A DNA stretch of 63,922 bases, the filler included, from an uncultured bacterium (GTDB lineage Bacteria; CAYUVA01): the NCBI GenBank assembly GCA_964448115.1. It is 4 parts of 4 records of this genome, joined end to end, with 100 filler letters (N's around TTAATTAATTAA, not from the genome) between each part and the next. Parts side by side here need not be neighbours in the genome. Positions count along the whole stretch, not along the records: positions 1 to 22,500 come from CAYUVA010000058.1; 3 more parts are not named here. One strand, 5' to 3'. This document shows, one piece after another, positions 1-10,274 of the stretch. How positions within the stretch are numbered: position 1 is the first letter of the stretch; each line of letters opens with the position of its first letter. The notes under the pieces were generated by a model that saw only the letters and a program-made list of their open reading frames with translations, searched no databases and was not told where the DNA came from. The position numbers were made by a program, and so were the translations under genes.

Positions 1-722
1 ATCAGCGGCAGGATTACAAAAGCATGGATCAATAATCCAATAATGACCGTGGCAGCATATCTACCGAGTTTCGATAATTCATTGTAGAACTCCTCTCCTC
101 CCCCAAGGCTGCCCAGCTTGGCTGAGATAAGCCCGAAGATGCCGATGGGTGCGAAAATCATAATAAGATGCACGATCTTCATTATAGCCTCGTTAAGCGC
201 ATCGAATAGCTCGATCACCATCTTGCCTTTCTCACCCATTGTGGTCAGAACCGCCCCGAATAGAAGCGAAAAGAAGATGACCGGTAATACATCGGTTCTA
301 GCAGCCGCATCGATGATATTCTCTGGTACCAGCCCCATGATCACATCTATAAAACTAAAATCCATCCCCGCGAATCTGTCCGGCAGCTCCATGGAACCTT
401 TTACCCCGGAGCCTGGCTTTATAATATTTACCAGGATCAATCCAAGGGTAACCGAGATGCTTGTGGTAGCCAGGTAATATGCTATGGTCGTAGTGCCGGT
501 TTTACCCAGCTTCCTTATGTCTCCAAGGTTGCTCACCCCGACGATCAGCGAGGTGACGATCAACGGGATCACGATCATCTTGAGCGCGTTGAGAAATAAA
601 TCGCCGAGAAAAGAGAATATAAGCACTCTCTCCCCAAAGAACCATCCCCCCATAATGCCGAGCAGAATGCCAGATAGTATGTATACAAGGAATCTTTTTT
701 GCGACCTGTTATGCTGTTCCAT
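1..722 (-). CDS. Dicarboxylate/amino acid:cation symporter (DAACS/GltP family), 3' end runs off the window
   Basis: Not in the ORF track. Manual minus-strand translation from ATG 722 gives MEQHNRSQKRFLVYILSGILLG...FLGDLFLNALKMIVIPLIVTSLIVGVSNLGDIRKLGKTG..., the typical DAACS N-terminal motif (FLxxLKMIVIPL). Confidence 0.88.
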   Translation of the reverse strand, partial: MEQHNRSQKRFLVYILSGILLGIMGGWFFGERVLIFSFLGDLFLNALKMIVIPLIVTSLIVGVSNLGDIRKLGKTGTTTIAYYLATTSISVTLGLILVNIIKPGSGVKGSMELPDRFAGMDFSFIDVIMGLVPENIIDAAARTDVLPVIFFSLLFGAVLTTMGEKGKMVIELFDALNEAIMKIVHLIMIFAPIGIFGLISAKLGSLGGGEEFYNELSKLGRYAATVIIGLLIHAFVILPL

Positions 723-865
723 GGGCTGCTTGGTGTCAGCTTTTGAAGCCTTGAGACATTATTTATCGGCTCAGGTTTTACAAGTAACTATATTTAACTT
801 GGATTGTCAATTTTAAGGAAATGTAAAGCGAGCAAGCCGTGTTATAATTCTACAACGAGGTCAAG

Positions 866-2140
866 ATGCTGGATCTGATTTTGAACATAGTCAATGAACT
901 CTGGGGGATGCTCCAGGAGATGTCCCCCTACCTGCTACTGGGCTTTTTCATCGCCGGTCTATTGGAGGTTCTACTCCCGGGGGATCTCGTGCACCGTCAT
1001 CTTGGTAGTAGAGGTTTCAGCTCGCTGATCAAGGCTTCCATTTTTGGTGTGCCGCTTCCATTGTGCTCTTGTGGCGTTATCCCGGTGGCAGCCTCCCTGC
1101 GAGCCAGCGGAGCCAGTCGCGGAGCCACCACCTCGTTTCTAATATCCACGCCTCAAACTGGTGTAGATAGTATTGCAGTAACCTATAGCCTTCTTGGTAC
1201 TGTTTTCGCAATATTCAGACCAGTTATAGCGCTTATCAACGGGATCATAGGCGGACTTTTAGTACAGCTCTTGGAGCCAAAGGAAGATCCAATTCAAGAT
1301 CCTTATTCAATCCAGGGGACCTGCAATGGCTCTTGTTCCCTGCCGAACAAGAAAAAGCGAAGCCTGGCAAGGATTTTCAGCTACGGATTTGTAGATCTCC
1401 CCGGCGATATTGCAAAGGCTCTAGTAATAGGAATTATCATCTCTGGGCTCATCGCGGCGATGGTGCCTGATGACTTTTTTGTACCCATATTCGGCACCGG
1501 TCTATTGGCAATGCTAGTTATGATGGCAATGGGGATACCGGTCTATGTATGTGCCACCGCCTCGGTGCCTATTGCAGCATCGCTAATAGACAAGGGGATT
1601 ACCCCCGGCGCAGCCCTGGTATTTCTTATTGTTGGACCAGCTACTAACGCAGCAACTATTTCCACCATCTGGAAGGTGATGGGAAAAAGAACCGCTATGG
1701 TATATCTAGTTTCAATGGCAGTGATGGCTATAGCATCTGGATTGTTGCTTGATTATATCTTCTCTACTGAGTGGGTACCGGCCATGGTTCACAACCACCC
1801 CACAGGATCTGTTTTATTGAAGAATATCTCTGCTGTGCTGCTGCTTCTGTTGATCGGATATGCACTATATAAAACACGAATCGCTAAACTAAAAAACGAG
1901 GGAGATAAAGCAATGAATAAGACGCAGGCTTCTCCGTCAATCAAGCTAAAAATTAACGGCATGACTTGCAGCCATTGCGTGCAGACCGTATCCAATGCGC
2001 TGAAAAGGGTATCTGGAGTAAGGTCGGTGGAGGTAAGCTTAAAGACAGGACAGGCTGATATCTATGGCGATGACCTTAGATTGGAGTCTTTAATACAAGC
2101 CGTAGAAAAGGTCGGATATAGCGCTCGGGCAATGAAATGA
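866..2140 (+). CDS. DUF318/ArsP-type (SO_0444-like) metal permease with C-terminal HMA domain
   Basis: GVPLPLCSCGVIP and YVCATASVPIA motifs, multiple TM helices, C-terminal GMTCSHC heavy-metal-binding motif. Confidence 0.85.
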   Translation: MLDLILNIVNELWGMLQEMSPYLLLGFFIAGLLEVLLPGDLVHRHLGSRGFSSLIKASIFGVPLPLCSCGVIPVAASLRASGASRGATTSFLISTPQTGVDSIAVTYSLLGTVFAIFRPVIALINGIIGGLLVQLLEPKEDPIQDPYSIQGTCNGSCSLPNKKKRSLARIFSYGFVDLPGDIAKALVIGIIISGLIAAMVPDDFFVPIFGTGLLAMLVMMAMGIPVYVCATASVPIAASLIDKGITPGAALVFLIVGPATNAATISTIWKVMGKRTAMVYLVSMAVMAIASGLLLDYIFSTEWVPAMVHNHPTGSVLLKNISAVLLLLLIGYALYKTRIAKLKNEGDKAMNKTQASPSIKLKINGMTCSHCVQTVSNALKRVSGVRSVEVSLKTGQADIYGDDLRLESLIQAVEKVGYSARAMK

Positions 2141-2273
2141 TCTTGTTTGAATTCGAGCTTTGATATATCATATCTCTTGATGGATATCGATATTGAAAGA
2201 GAAGCCCTGTGTATCAAGTTCAGCCTTAATAAATGTGATAACCACTCAAACCATTGAAGAAAGGAAGATGTAA

Positions 2274-2435
2274 ATGATGAGGTATGTTTGCGATATTTGC
2301 GGTTATGTCTATGATCCCGAGGATGGCGACCCTGAGAATGACATTGATTCCGGAACCGGCTTTGAGGATCTACCTGATGATTGGGTATGCCCGGTCTGCG
2401 GCGCCGGCAAGGAGGATTTCTCCCCTGAAGATTAA
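2274..2435 (+). CDS. Rubredoxin (53 aa)
   Basis: Not in the ORF track. Manual translation [53 protein letters not shown] has CxxCG...WxCPxCG; AAGGAAG SD-like site at 2261-2267. Confidence 0.96.
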   Translation: MMRYVCDICGYVYDPEDGDPENDIDSGTGFEDLPDDWVCPVCGAGKEDFSPED

Positions 2436-2459
2436 GCAATAACATACGAACACCTGCAA

Positions 2460-4199
2460 TCACTCATAGGTCGAAAGCTCGGCGAGATTCCACATGAAAT
2501 TATAAAGTGGTCTCCAGGTACTCATATCCTCGCTGCAATTAGTTAGCGTCATCAGCAGCTCGGTTGTAGAATATCCACTCATCGAGGTGTTTAACAGCCT
2601 TGAGATCTCATGGGCGGCAGGAATCTCCCCAAATCTTTGACCACAAAAATCGAGGTAATCCGGGCGAAATACGATAATCTTAACCCGATTCGGTCTTGGA
2701 TTTTCCAAGAGAAACCGTAAGATATTAAGGTTTTGAACATCCAATAAAGCCTGAAAAGAGTCCTTTATTGATATGAATGGCGATACATCGCTCTCTTCAG
2801 ATTGAGTTATTGGCAAATAGATAAACCTTTGCCAATGATCATACCTCATGCCATAAAGTTTTTCCACCAGGCTTTCTATAAATCCAGCTTGGGTCGTTCT
2901 GAAATGATCCCGTCTATCGTTGAAGTAGAACAAGTTCATATTTTGCTCGAGGTCAAAAAGCATGAAATCCTTTACCGCTGCTGGAAAAAGAACTAAAAAG
3001 AAATTATCTTCATTCAAGCTCAGCGAATCTTTATAAAGTGTCTCGGCCATATCCCTGTATATTGGAGAGTCTATCCTGAAAGAGGGGACTCTCAGTATAA
3101 GGGCACGGTTAAGCAGGTATGCGATTACCAGTCCAATAACTACAGCCTTTATGATTTTATTAGCCTTTGATCTCTCAGTGATCTGTAATATCGCATCGAG
3201 TGAAAGAACCATGATGATAATCAAGCCAGAACTGGATAAGAATAATCTCTGGGTAAAACCCATCATATTTGCAGACATAGGAAAGTAGGGAATTAGAGAT
3301 GATATTACTATCAGGGCGCCGAGCATTATTCCAGTCCTGTAACCTTCAAGTCGTTTTTTTAATATTATAATAGTTCCAATGGCAATAAAAAACAGAATCA
3401 AAAGAATACACCAATAGTTCGCCCTAACATAATTATCACCATATTTATCTGCATAGAAAAAGCTAAGATTGCTGCTAAGATATACTGCTGTCTTGTATAA
3501 AAATCCCTTGAGGTCAAAATGAATGCTGCCATATTGCCCTGCCGGCGCCGTTGCCCAGAGCCTAAGTATCAGGTAAACAGAGCTAATCAAGATAAGGCTG
3601 AAAAAGTACCGCATATAGAGATCTTTCAAGGAGGCTGCCGAATGTAAAAATATAATGACCGGTATTATTATGGACAAGATTATGGCTAATTCCTTTGATA
3701 AATAGGAAGCCCACAAGAAAATAATGGCAGCGGATAGATATAGTATGCTCCGTTTGCGTATTCCGACCAATGATGCGTATATACAGAGAATGAGAAAAAA
3801 TAGACATAGGTTCTCATAGTTAGCCGCTACTAGAATGACATTAGTATTCAAGATTCCGGTCAGAAACCTTACAACAACTGCCAGCCACCCCAGCCAACCC
3901 TTGCCGCTTAAAAGGTAAACAATCTTGCCCAGATAGACCGCAGAGATGATAAAAAGGATCCCAGCGGTCATTTGATAATAATGTAGCTTACCCCGAAATA
4001 GGTAATGGAGAGTCTGGAAATAGAAGTAGGTAACTGGAATGCGGCTGGCATCCTTAAAAAAACAATGATCATCCAGCCTTGCGTTATCATCAAAAACAGG
4101 CGATAGGATCCAATAGCCGGCAAGAAGCATCAACACGAAAGCCAGGGATAAGATCCTAGGCTGGTCGCAGAAAAAAAGCCTGGCAATGAATGATAACAA
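2460..4199 (-). CDS. Multi-pass membrane protein, probable GT-C fold glycosyltransferase
   Basis: About 10-11 hydrophobic helices, early acidic DD in the first loop (ARLDDH), SKE motif after a TM, soluble C-terminal domain. Family assignment is by pattern only. Confidence 0.55.
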   Translation of the reverse strand: MLSFIARLFFCDQPRILSLAFVLMLLAGYWILSPVFDDNARLDDHCFFKDASRIPVTYFYFQTLHYLFRGKLHYYQMTAGILFIISAVYLGKIVYLLSGKGWLGWLAVVVRFLTGILNTNVILVAANYENLCLFFLILCIYASLVGIRKRSILYLSAAIIFLWASYLSKELAIILSIIIPVIIFLHSAASLKDLYMRYFFSLILISSVYLILRLWATAPAGQYGSIHFDLKGFLYKTAVYLSSNLSFFYADKYGDNYVRANYWCILLILFFIAIGTIIILKKRLEGYRTGIMLGALIVISSLIPYFPMSANMMGFTQRLFLSSSGLIIIMVLSLDAILQITERSKANKIIKAVVIGLVIAYLLNRALILRVPSFRIDSPIYRDMAETLYKDSLSLNEDNFFLVLFPAAVKDFMLFDLEQNMNLFYFNDRRDHFRTTQAGFIESLVEKLYGMRYDHWQRFIYLPITQSEESDVSPFISIKDSFQALLDVQNLNILRFLLENPRPNRVKIIVFRPDYLDFCGQRFGEIPAAHEISRLLNTSMSGYSTTELLMTLTNCSEDMSTWRPLYNFMWNLAELSTYE

Positions 4200-4226
4200 A
4201 GCAGTCTCGCTTTGGTTGAAAGCAGC

Positions 4227-5003
4227 TTATGTTAACTGGTTGATCCTCTGTATGCTGATGGCTCTACCGTTATTCTCGTCTATATCAATGACCACTGCGT
4301 TGATCATGGTCTCTCCCCCAGCAACCTCGAATTTCACCGGCATAGCGGTGATGAACTTCTGGATGAACAGGTGAGGTTTGACCCCGATGACAGACTCACG
4401 GGGACCGGTCATTCCGACATCGCTGATATAGGCGGTATGTCCCTGGATTATTCGTTCATCAGCGGTCTGTACATGGGTATGGGTACAGATAACCGCGCTG
4501 ACCTTGGTGGCAACATGATAGGCGAAGGATAGCTTCTCCGAGGTGGTCTCGGCGTGAAAATCTATCAATATTACAGGCGAATGCCTGCGCAACTGCGTAT
4601 GGTTGCGGTCAAACCAGGCAAAAGGACAATCCAAGGTTGGCATGAATAGGCGACCGGAAAGGTTGACTACTACCATCCGAAACGGCTCGGATAACATCAG
4701 GTATCCCTTTCCCGGAGCTCCCTTGGGATAGTTTGCCGGTCTAATCATCCGGTCACTTTGATCGATGTATTGGTAGATCTCCTTTTGATCCCACACATGA
4801 TTGCCAGAGGTAACGATATCCACGCCACTTTGCAGGAGTTCATTCAACATCTTGGGGGTTATGCCCATCCCATGAGTTGCGTTTTCTCCATTTGCTATGA
4901 TGATATCAGGCTGGTAATGTTCTTGTAACTGGGGGATTGAGGTTTTTATAGCTTTCCTTCCCGGCTTGCCGACTATATCACCATAAAACAGGATCCTTAG
5001 CAA
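4227..5003 (-). CDS. ymdB: YmdB-family (TIGR00282) metallophosphoesterase
   Basis: GDIVGKPG, NGEN, SGNHVWD, DFHAETTSEK, THTHVQTAD motifs; lies directly downstream of rny, the usual synteny. Confidence 0.93.
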   Translation of the reverse strand: MLRILFYGDIVGKPGRKAIKTSIPQLQEHYQPDIIIANGENATHGMGITPKMLNELLQSGVDIVTSGNHVWDQKEIYQYIDQSDRMIRPANYPKGAPGKGYLMLSEPFRMVVVNLSGRLFMPTLDCPFAWFDRNHTQLRRHSPVILIDFHAETTSEKLSFAYHVATKVSAVICTHTHVQTADERIIQGHTAYISDVGMTGPRESVIGVKPHLFIQKFITAMPVKFEVAGGETMINAVVIDIDENNGRAISIQRINQLT

Positions 5004-5079
5004 AGTAGTCTCCTTCCCTTATTCAAAGCTATTACCGTTATTGAAAATATTGTCAATTTAATGTTTTTCTTCTATGTGA

Positions 5080-6651
5080 TCAGCGCGCAAACTCGATAGA
5101 GCGAGTCTCGCGGATGCAGGTAACCTTGATCTCGCCGGGGTATTCCAGCTCCTCCTCCACTTTTTTGGCTACATCCTTGGCGAGGATTGCCATCTCACCG
5201 TCGGAGATCTGGTCCGGCTCTATGATCACTCTAACCTCTCTGCCTGCCTGTATGGCATAAGATTTGATTACCCCCTTGAAGCTATCGGCGAGCGATTCAA
5301 GTTTCTCCAACCTTTTAATATAAGTTTCCAGGATCTCCCTCCTGGCGCCGGGTCTGGCTGCTGAGAGTGCATCGGCAGCCTGCACCAGGATTGCCTCCAC
5401 GCTATGAGGATCCACCTCGCCATGATGGGCAGCAATGGCATGAATTACCTCCTTGCTTTCACCTGCCTTTTTAGCTATCTCGGCTCCCAACCTTGCGTGG
5501 CTCCCGTCCATGGTATGATCGACTGCCTTGCCGAGGTCGTGCAGCAGCCCGGCTCGTTTGGCTATGTTGACATTTGCCCCTAACTCGTGAGCCATCATGC
5601 TTGCCAGATAAGCTACTTCCTTTGAATGAGCCAAGACATTCTGCGCATAGCTTGTGCGGTACTTGAGCCTCCCCAGCAAAGAGAGCTCTTCCTCTTTCAA
5701 GTTATGCACCCCGACATCAAAGGCAGCTTGTTTACCGATCTCCTTGAAGTCCCTATCCATCTCCTTTTTGGTCTTATTGACCATATCCTCGATTCTTCCT
5801 GGATGTATTCGTCCATCTGAGATCAGCTTTTTAAGCACCCTGGCAGCAACCTCACGGCGAATGGGATCGAAGCCGGAGAGTATAACCGCCTCTGGAGTGT
5901 CATCAATGATCAGGTCGATGCCGGTAGCTATCTCCAGGGCGCGTATGTTCCTGCCCTCTCTGCCGATTATTCTGCCCTTCATCTCATCATCCGGGAGATC
6001 GACCACTGAGACTGTGCTTTCGACCACTTGTTCCGAGGCGCATCTCTGTATGGCAGAGACGATTATATCCCTACTTTTGACCTCAGCGGTTTCCTTTGCT
6101 TCCTGAATGATCCGTTTGACCATGGAAGCAGCATCCTTTTTTGCTTCATCGGTCATGTCGTTTATCAGCAATTGCTTTGCCTGCTCCTTGGATAATCCGG
6201 AGATCCTCTCCAGTTCCTTGCGTGCTGATTGTATAAGCTGTTCGAGCTGCTCCTCTCTTTGCTTGTGTTTTTCCTCCAGTCTATCGAGTTCCTTCTTGCG
6301 TTTATGCAAAGAAGCTTCTCTGTTGTCCAACAGGTTGAGTTTCTTGTCCAGGTTCTCCTCTTTTTGTTGCAGCCGTTTCTCGCTCTTATGCAGCCGATGC
6401 CTGGTTTCCTTAGCCTCGCGATCGAACTCGCGACGCTCGTTTATAACCTGCTCCTTTGCCTCGACCAGTGCTTTTTTCTTAAGCTCTTCTGCTTTTTCGC
6501 TAGCCTCTTTAAGGATCTGTTCAGCCTCTTTTTGAGCTTTGCTGAGACTGGTTTTGCCAATTTTTGACAATATGTTTCTATCTAGCAAAAAGCCGATGAT
6601 CCCGCCTATCACCAAGGCTGCGGCTATTAGCAAGTAGCATAGAGTACCCAT
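5080..6651 (-). CDS. rny: Ribonuclease Y
   Basis: N-terminal TM anchor, coiled coil, KH domain ([13 protein letters not shown]), HD domain (GLLHDLGK). Confidence 0.97.
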   Translation of the reverse strand: MGTLCYLLIAAALVIGGIIGFLLDRNILSKIGKTSLSKAQKEAEQILKEASEKAEELKKKALVEAKEQVINERREFDREAKETRHRLHKSEKRLQQKEENLDKKLNLLDNREASLHKRKKELDRLEEKHKQREEQLEQLIQSARKELERISGLSKEQAKQLLINDMTDEAKKDAASMVKRIIQEAKETAEVKSRDIIVSAIQRCASEQVVESTVSVVDLPDDEMKGRIIGREGRNIRALEIATGIDLIIDDTPEAVILSGFDPIRREVAARVLKKLISDGRIHPGRIEDMVNKTKKEMDRDFKEIGKQAAFDVGVHNLKEEELSLLGRLKYRTSYAQNVLAHSKEVAYLASMMAHELGANVNIAKRAGLLHDLGKAVDHTMDGSHARLGAEIAKKAGESKEVIHAIAAHHGEVDPHSVEAILVQAADALSAARPGARREILETYIKRLEKLESLADSFKGVIKSYAIQAGREVRVIIEPDQISDGEMAILAKDVAKKVEEELEYPGEIKVTCIRETRSIEFAR

Positions 6652-6968
6652 ATTATATAGCCCTCCGAGTTTGCTTGTATTTAAGACAGATTAGAACAGT
6701 ATGATAATAAGAACAGCAGCCGTATCGCCCAAAATAGCGAGCACGAGCGGCCAAAGCCTTTATGCCAAGATTGGTTTTTAAGTCATATTTAATCTTATCA
6801 TGCTGTTCAAACACAGATATGTCCTTTTATCAGGCTCGTGGAAAAAGCTAGGTTTTAATAAATACCTATTGCAGGGATCTGATTGTGATAGAGGTTCGAT
6901 ATGTGGCAAAAGGGATAACGGTCTTTTTCCCCATACTTTCTTGCCATATTTTTGCCATGTTATTTATA

Positions 6969-7151
6969 CCTCCCCGCGAAGGTGCCGTGTGCATGGAATT
7001 TGTTGAACCTGACGAGTCAGGTGGGTGTCCTGCCGACGGCTTTGATCCTCCACTATCAAAAGCAGTACGATCGCCGCAGCCGAACTCAGACTCCCTATTT
7101 TGTTGGTGTTGGCTCAAAAAAAGTCGATACATCACGAACACCGCAGGGAGG
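6969..7151 (-). ncRNA. ssrS: 6S RNA
   Basis: About 183 nt with pairing ends (CCUCCCUGCGG / CGCGGGGAGG) and 6S-like blocks GGUGUUCGUG, UGAGCCAACACC, GGGAG, CACCCACCUG, AGGUUCAA, CACACGGCA; sits upstream of rny on the same strand. Confidence 0.85.
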
Positions 7152-7328
7152 ATTATCGCTACATATTTTATCGTCAAGTAACTTACTATCTCTCTCATAA
7201 TCGATCCCAGGGAATTACCTAATTAATTCCACGAGTCCATTACTTAACAAGTTATATATATTGGAATATTCAGAATTTTTCAACAGAGAAAAGACAACAG
7301 CCGGAGATCAATACTCAAGGGGTATTGT

Positions 7329-9779
7329 TCAGTCGTTTATAAGCATCTCTCTAGGTTGATTGAACAACCTTACTCGGTCGATAATATTCATCAGGCGGTC
7401 AGCTATCCTCTCGATATTAGCTGTAACCTCGTAGAAGATGATGCCAGCATTTACATCGCAGATCTTCTGTCTTGTCCTTTCGATATGCGCCTTATACGCC
7501 TTGTCCTGCATCTGGTTAATCTGGTTTTCCAGTTCTCTAGCCTTAATAATGTACTTTTTATCCATCTCCAATAGCGCCTTTGAGCAAAGCTCGAACATGC
7601 TATCGAGCATCTGCATCAGTGCATCAAGATCCTTTTTTGCCTCTGGCGAGAATTCCAGTTTCATTGTATGGTGTTCCTTAGCGAACTCCATGATATTGAT
7701 CGCCAGGTCGCCTATTCGTTCGGCGTCGTTAACCTGGTGAATGATGGCAGGGATGAGTATCGAGGTATCATCGCGCATTATATACTGTGAAACCTGGCTT
7801 ATGTACTCGGTAATATATCTCTGGTGAGCATCGATGTTGTCCTCCCACCTTTCTATCTCCTCGACATCCTTCTCCTTGAAGTCATATAACAAGCGATAAG
7901 CCTGCATTGCTGTCCAGCGACACTGCTTGGTCATAAACTCGATCTCCTTAAAGGTCATCTCAATAGCGACCCGTGGAGTGTTGATGAAAGCTGGCTCCAG
8001 GAACCTAGGACCGATCTTCTCTTCTTCTCTCTCCTCACCAATGATTGCCCGTGCGATTATTGAAAGTATGAATATATTGGGTAAAAATATGGCAACATTA
8101 CATATATTAAACATGGTATGCATATTTGCGATATGTCGCTCGATATTTACCGGGTTGAGGGCAAAAACATCACCCGGAGTTAAAATATCGATGAACCGAA
8201 GGAATACAGGTATCCCCTTTATCTTCACATAGAAAAGCGCGGTCATCCAGGAGGCGCCTAGCACATTGAAGAATGTGTTACTCATAGCTGTCTGGCGGGC
8301 TATTTTGTTTGATTTTATAGCAGCCAACTGTGCTGTGATCGTGGTCCCGATGTTATCTCCCAAGACCAGAGCCACGGCAGTGTAATAATTTATCAATCCG
8401 GTTCCAGCTAAGGTCATGGTCAGGGCAACCGTTGCCGAGCTGCTCTGAAGAATACAAGTAAGTATAGTTCCGATCAGGATACTCATCAGTACATTGGTTA
8501 TCGGCATGTATCCATCTACCGGCTGGCAGTCGAAGATCTGGAAGAAGTTGATAAAGGTCGGGAAATGCTTAAGTGGCTTCAAGGTGCCTGACATTTTCAT
8601 CATGCCCATGAACAAGAATCCGAATCCTAATAAAACCTGCCCCCAGATGTTCAGACGCCTTTTCTTCAAGAAGATGTTTAGTATTACTCCCAGGATCAAT
8701 GCTGGAAAGATTAGCTTATAAATCTTAAAAGAGACGATCTGTGCGGTGATGGTAGTACCTATGTTGGCACCGAGATCAATACTGATCGCCCTTTCCAGGG
8801 TCAGTAGCCCTGCATTGGCAAAGCCCACTACCATGACCGTGGTTGCACTTGAGGACTGTATTATGGCTGTAACCAGGGCACCCAGTGCGCAGCCGAATAT
8901 ACGCCTTTGAGTTACCCGGTGCAGAATATTGCGCATGCGATCGCCGGCTACCAACTTCAATCCAGATGACATGAAGTAAATACCGAATAGAAATATAGCT
9001 AAGCTACCGGTAAGACCAATGGCAAATGATAAACCGTTTAGGCTCATTACCTTCATCTTGATCATTCGGAAATGAAGATCTCTTCCGGGAGTAAAAACCT
9101 CTACCAGGATGGTTGATTCTCTTGTATCGCTGCCTAATCGCACCTTGACCATAGCCTTGCCATCGTGATCGGTTATCACCGAGCGCTTGGAGAGCTTTAT
9201 CTTGTCCGCCTCGTCGGCTGGGCTGAAATAAACGGTTGCGCCGGGGATAGGAAAACCATGCTTATCCACCATTTTTATGCCGATATCCCTAGGCAGGTAT
9301 TTGCCAGCCTTGCCCTCTTGCCAGTTATTTATAAGCTCGATGCCGGAAAGGATACGAAATACCCTTTGTGTCTTTTTCTCACCAGTAGTCTCAACGATTA
9401 CCGATAACTCGCCGACATAATCGTTGACCTTTATATCTAGCTTGGCTCTACCGCCCTTGTCGGTGATCAGAGGTAATGGTGTTAGGATGGTAGCTGCCAT
9501 TTCTGGCTTCACGCGTGCTATCAGCTCACATCCTGCTATCGGTTTACGCGCTCCCTTGCCACCCAAAAGCCCTGGGATGCGAGCGCTTTGAACCTCGAAG
9601 ACAAGGGAGCGAGGAACCTTGCTATTAGGAAGTACACATTGGTTATCCGTGTTCTCGAGTACCGAGATATAATCTGGAGTTCTCTTGGGTGAGTCAAGAA
9701 AACACCCTGCAAATATTAAACAAAAGATGATTAGTAGAGCCGCAAGCAGCGATCGATAATACCTATTATGCTTCTTCAT
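7329..9779 (-). CDS. Na+/phosphate cotransporter (NptA/YjbB family) with C-terminal PhoU-like domain and extra N-terminal lipoprotein/Ig-like region
   Basis: Two QSSSAT repeats, GANIGTT and GDNIGTT motifs, ERIGD/ERIAD PhoU-like helices; N-terminal lipobox-like FAG-C followed by ~230 aa of beta-rich sequence. Confidence 0.88.
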   Translation of the reverse strand: MKKHNRYYRSLLAALLIIFCLIFAGCFLDSPKRTPDYISVLENTDNQCVLPNSKVPRSLVFEVQSARIPGLLGGKGARKPIAGCELIARVKPEMAATILTPLPLITDKGGRAKLDIKVNDYVGELSVIVETTGEKKTQRVFRILSGIELINNWQEGKAGKYLPRDIGIKMVDKHGFPIPGATVYFSPADEADKIKLSKRSVITDHDGKAMVKVRLGSDTRESTILVEVFTPGRDLHFRMIKMKVMSLNGLSFAIGLTGSLAIFLFGIYFMSSGLKLVAGDRMRNILHRVTQRRIFGCALGALVTAIIQSSSATTVMVVGFANAGLLTLERAISIDLGANIGTTITAQIVSFKIYKLIFPALILGVILNIFLKKRRLNIWGQVLLGFGFLFMGMMKMSGTLKPLKHFPTFINFFQIFDCQPVDGYMPITNVLMSILIGTILTCILQSSSATVALTMTLAGTGLINYYTAVALVLGDNIGTTITAQLAAIKSNKIARQTAMSNTFFNVLGASWMTALFYVKIKGIPVFLRFIDILTPGDVFALNPVNIERHIANMHTMFNICNVAIFLPNIFILSIIARAIIGEEREEEKIGPRFLEPAFINTPRVAIEMTFKEIEFMTKQCRWTAMQAYRLLYDFKEKDVEEIERWEDNIDAHQRYITEYISQVSQYIMRDDTSILIPAIIHQVNDAERIGDLAINIMEFAKEHHTMKLEFSPEAKKDLDALMQMLDSMFELCSKALLEMDKKYIIKARELENQINQMQDKAYKAHIERTRQKICDVNAGIIFYEVTANIERIADRLMNIIDRVRLFNQPREMLIND

Positions 9780-10003
9780 ACCATGTTCTCTAATAATGTC
9801 CTAGCATGATCCAAATTCGTGGCGAATGATAATAGATACCAGATATAAGATCCAGTGATTTATCAGGATTGTTTTAGCGGTTTAGCGCCGAAAGGGGGGT
9901 ATAAAAAATACTTTATTATCAATTAGTTACATGCTAATTGCGCGTATATAAACATCAACTTGGATGATGTTGCATCCTAAATTAGAGATCCGCCAATTTT
10001 GAA

Positions 10004-10264
10004 CTAGGGCAGATCGTCGTATAGGCGCATATCGGAACTGTTGCTGTGCATGTCAACTATACATCCGTAGTATGGATTGGAGATCCTCTCTGGATCCTCT
10101 CTTAAGAAAATATGGATAATATGGATCTTAAATATAGTTGTCAGTTGTTCGATTATGCAATCCCCCTCATCCGCATTATCATTTGCCATAACCATCTGCG
10201 GAACAAGCGGGATGAGCATGGCAAGCAAAAGAGCAATAGCCACCTTTTTTATGTTCATTTTCAT
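10004..10264 (-). CDS. Small secreted protein (86 aa) of unknown function
   Basis: Strong SD (AGGGAGGGG) overlapping the upstream stop; Sec-type signal peptide MKMNIKKVAIALLLAMLIPLVPQMVMA; acidic mature region with 2 Cys. Confidence 0.7.
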   Translation of the reverse strand: MKMNIKKVAIALLLAMLIPLVPQMVMANDNADEGDCIIEQLTTIFKIHIIHIFLREDPERISNPYYGCIVDMHSNSSDMRLYDDLP

Positions 10265-10274
10265 AAACCCCTCC

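Noticed and set aside
118-816. Plus-strand ORFs 118-477 and 484-816
   Set aside because: Antisense shadows of the minus-strand DAACS transporter.
2062-2463. 133-aa minus-strand ORF
   Set aside because: Antisense to the clear rubredoxin gene and the permease end.
6800-7200. Four overlapping short ORFs
   Set aside because: They overlay the 6S RNA and have no protein-like features.
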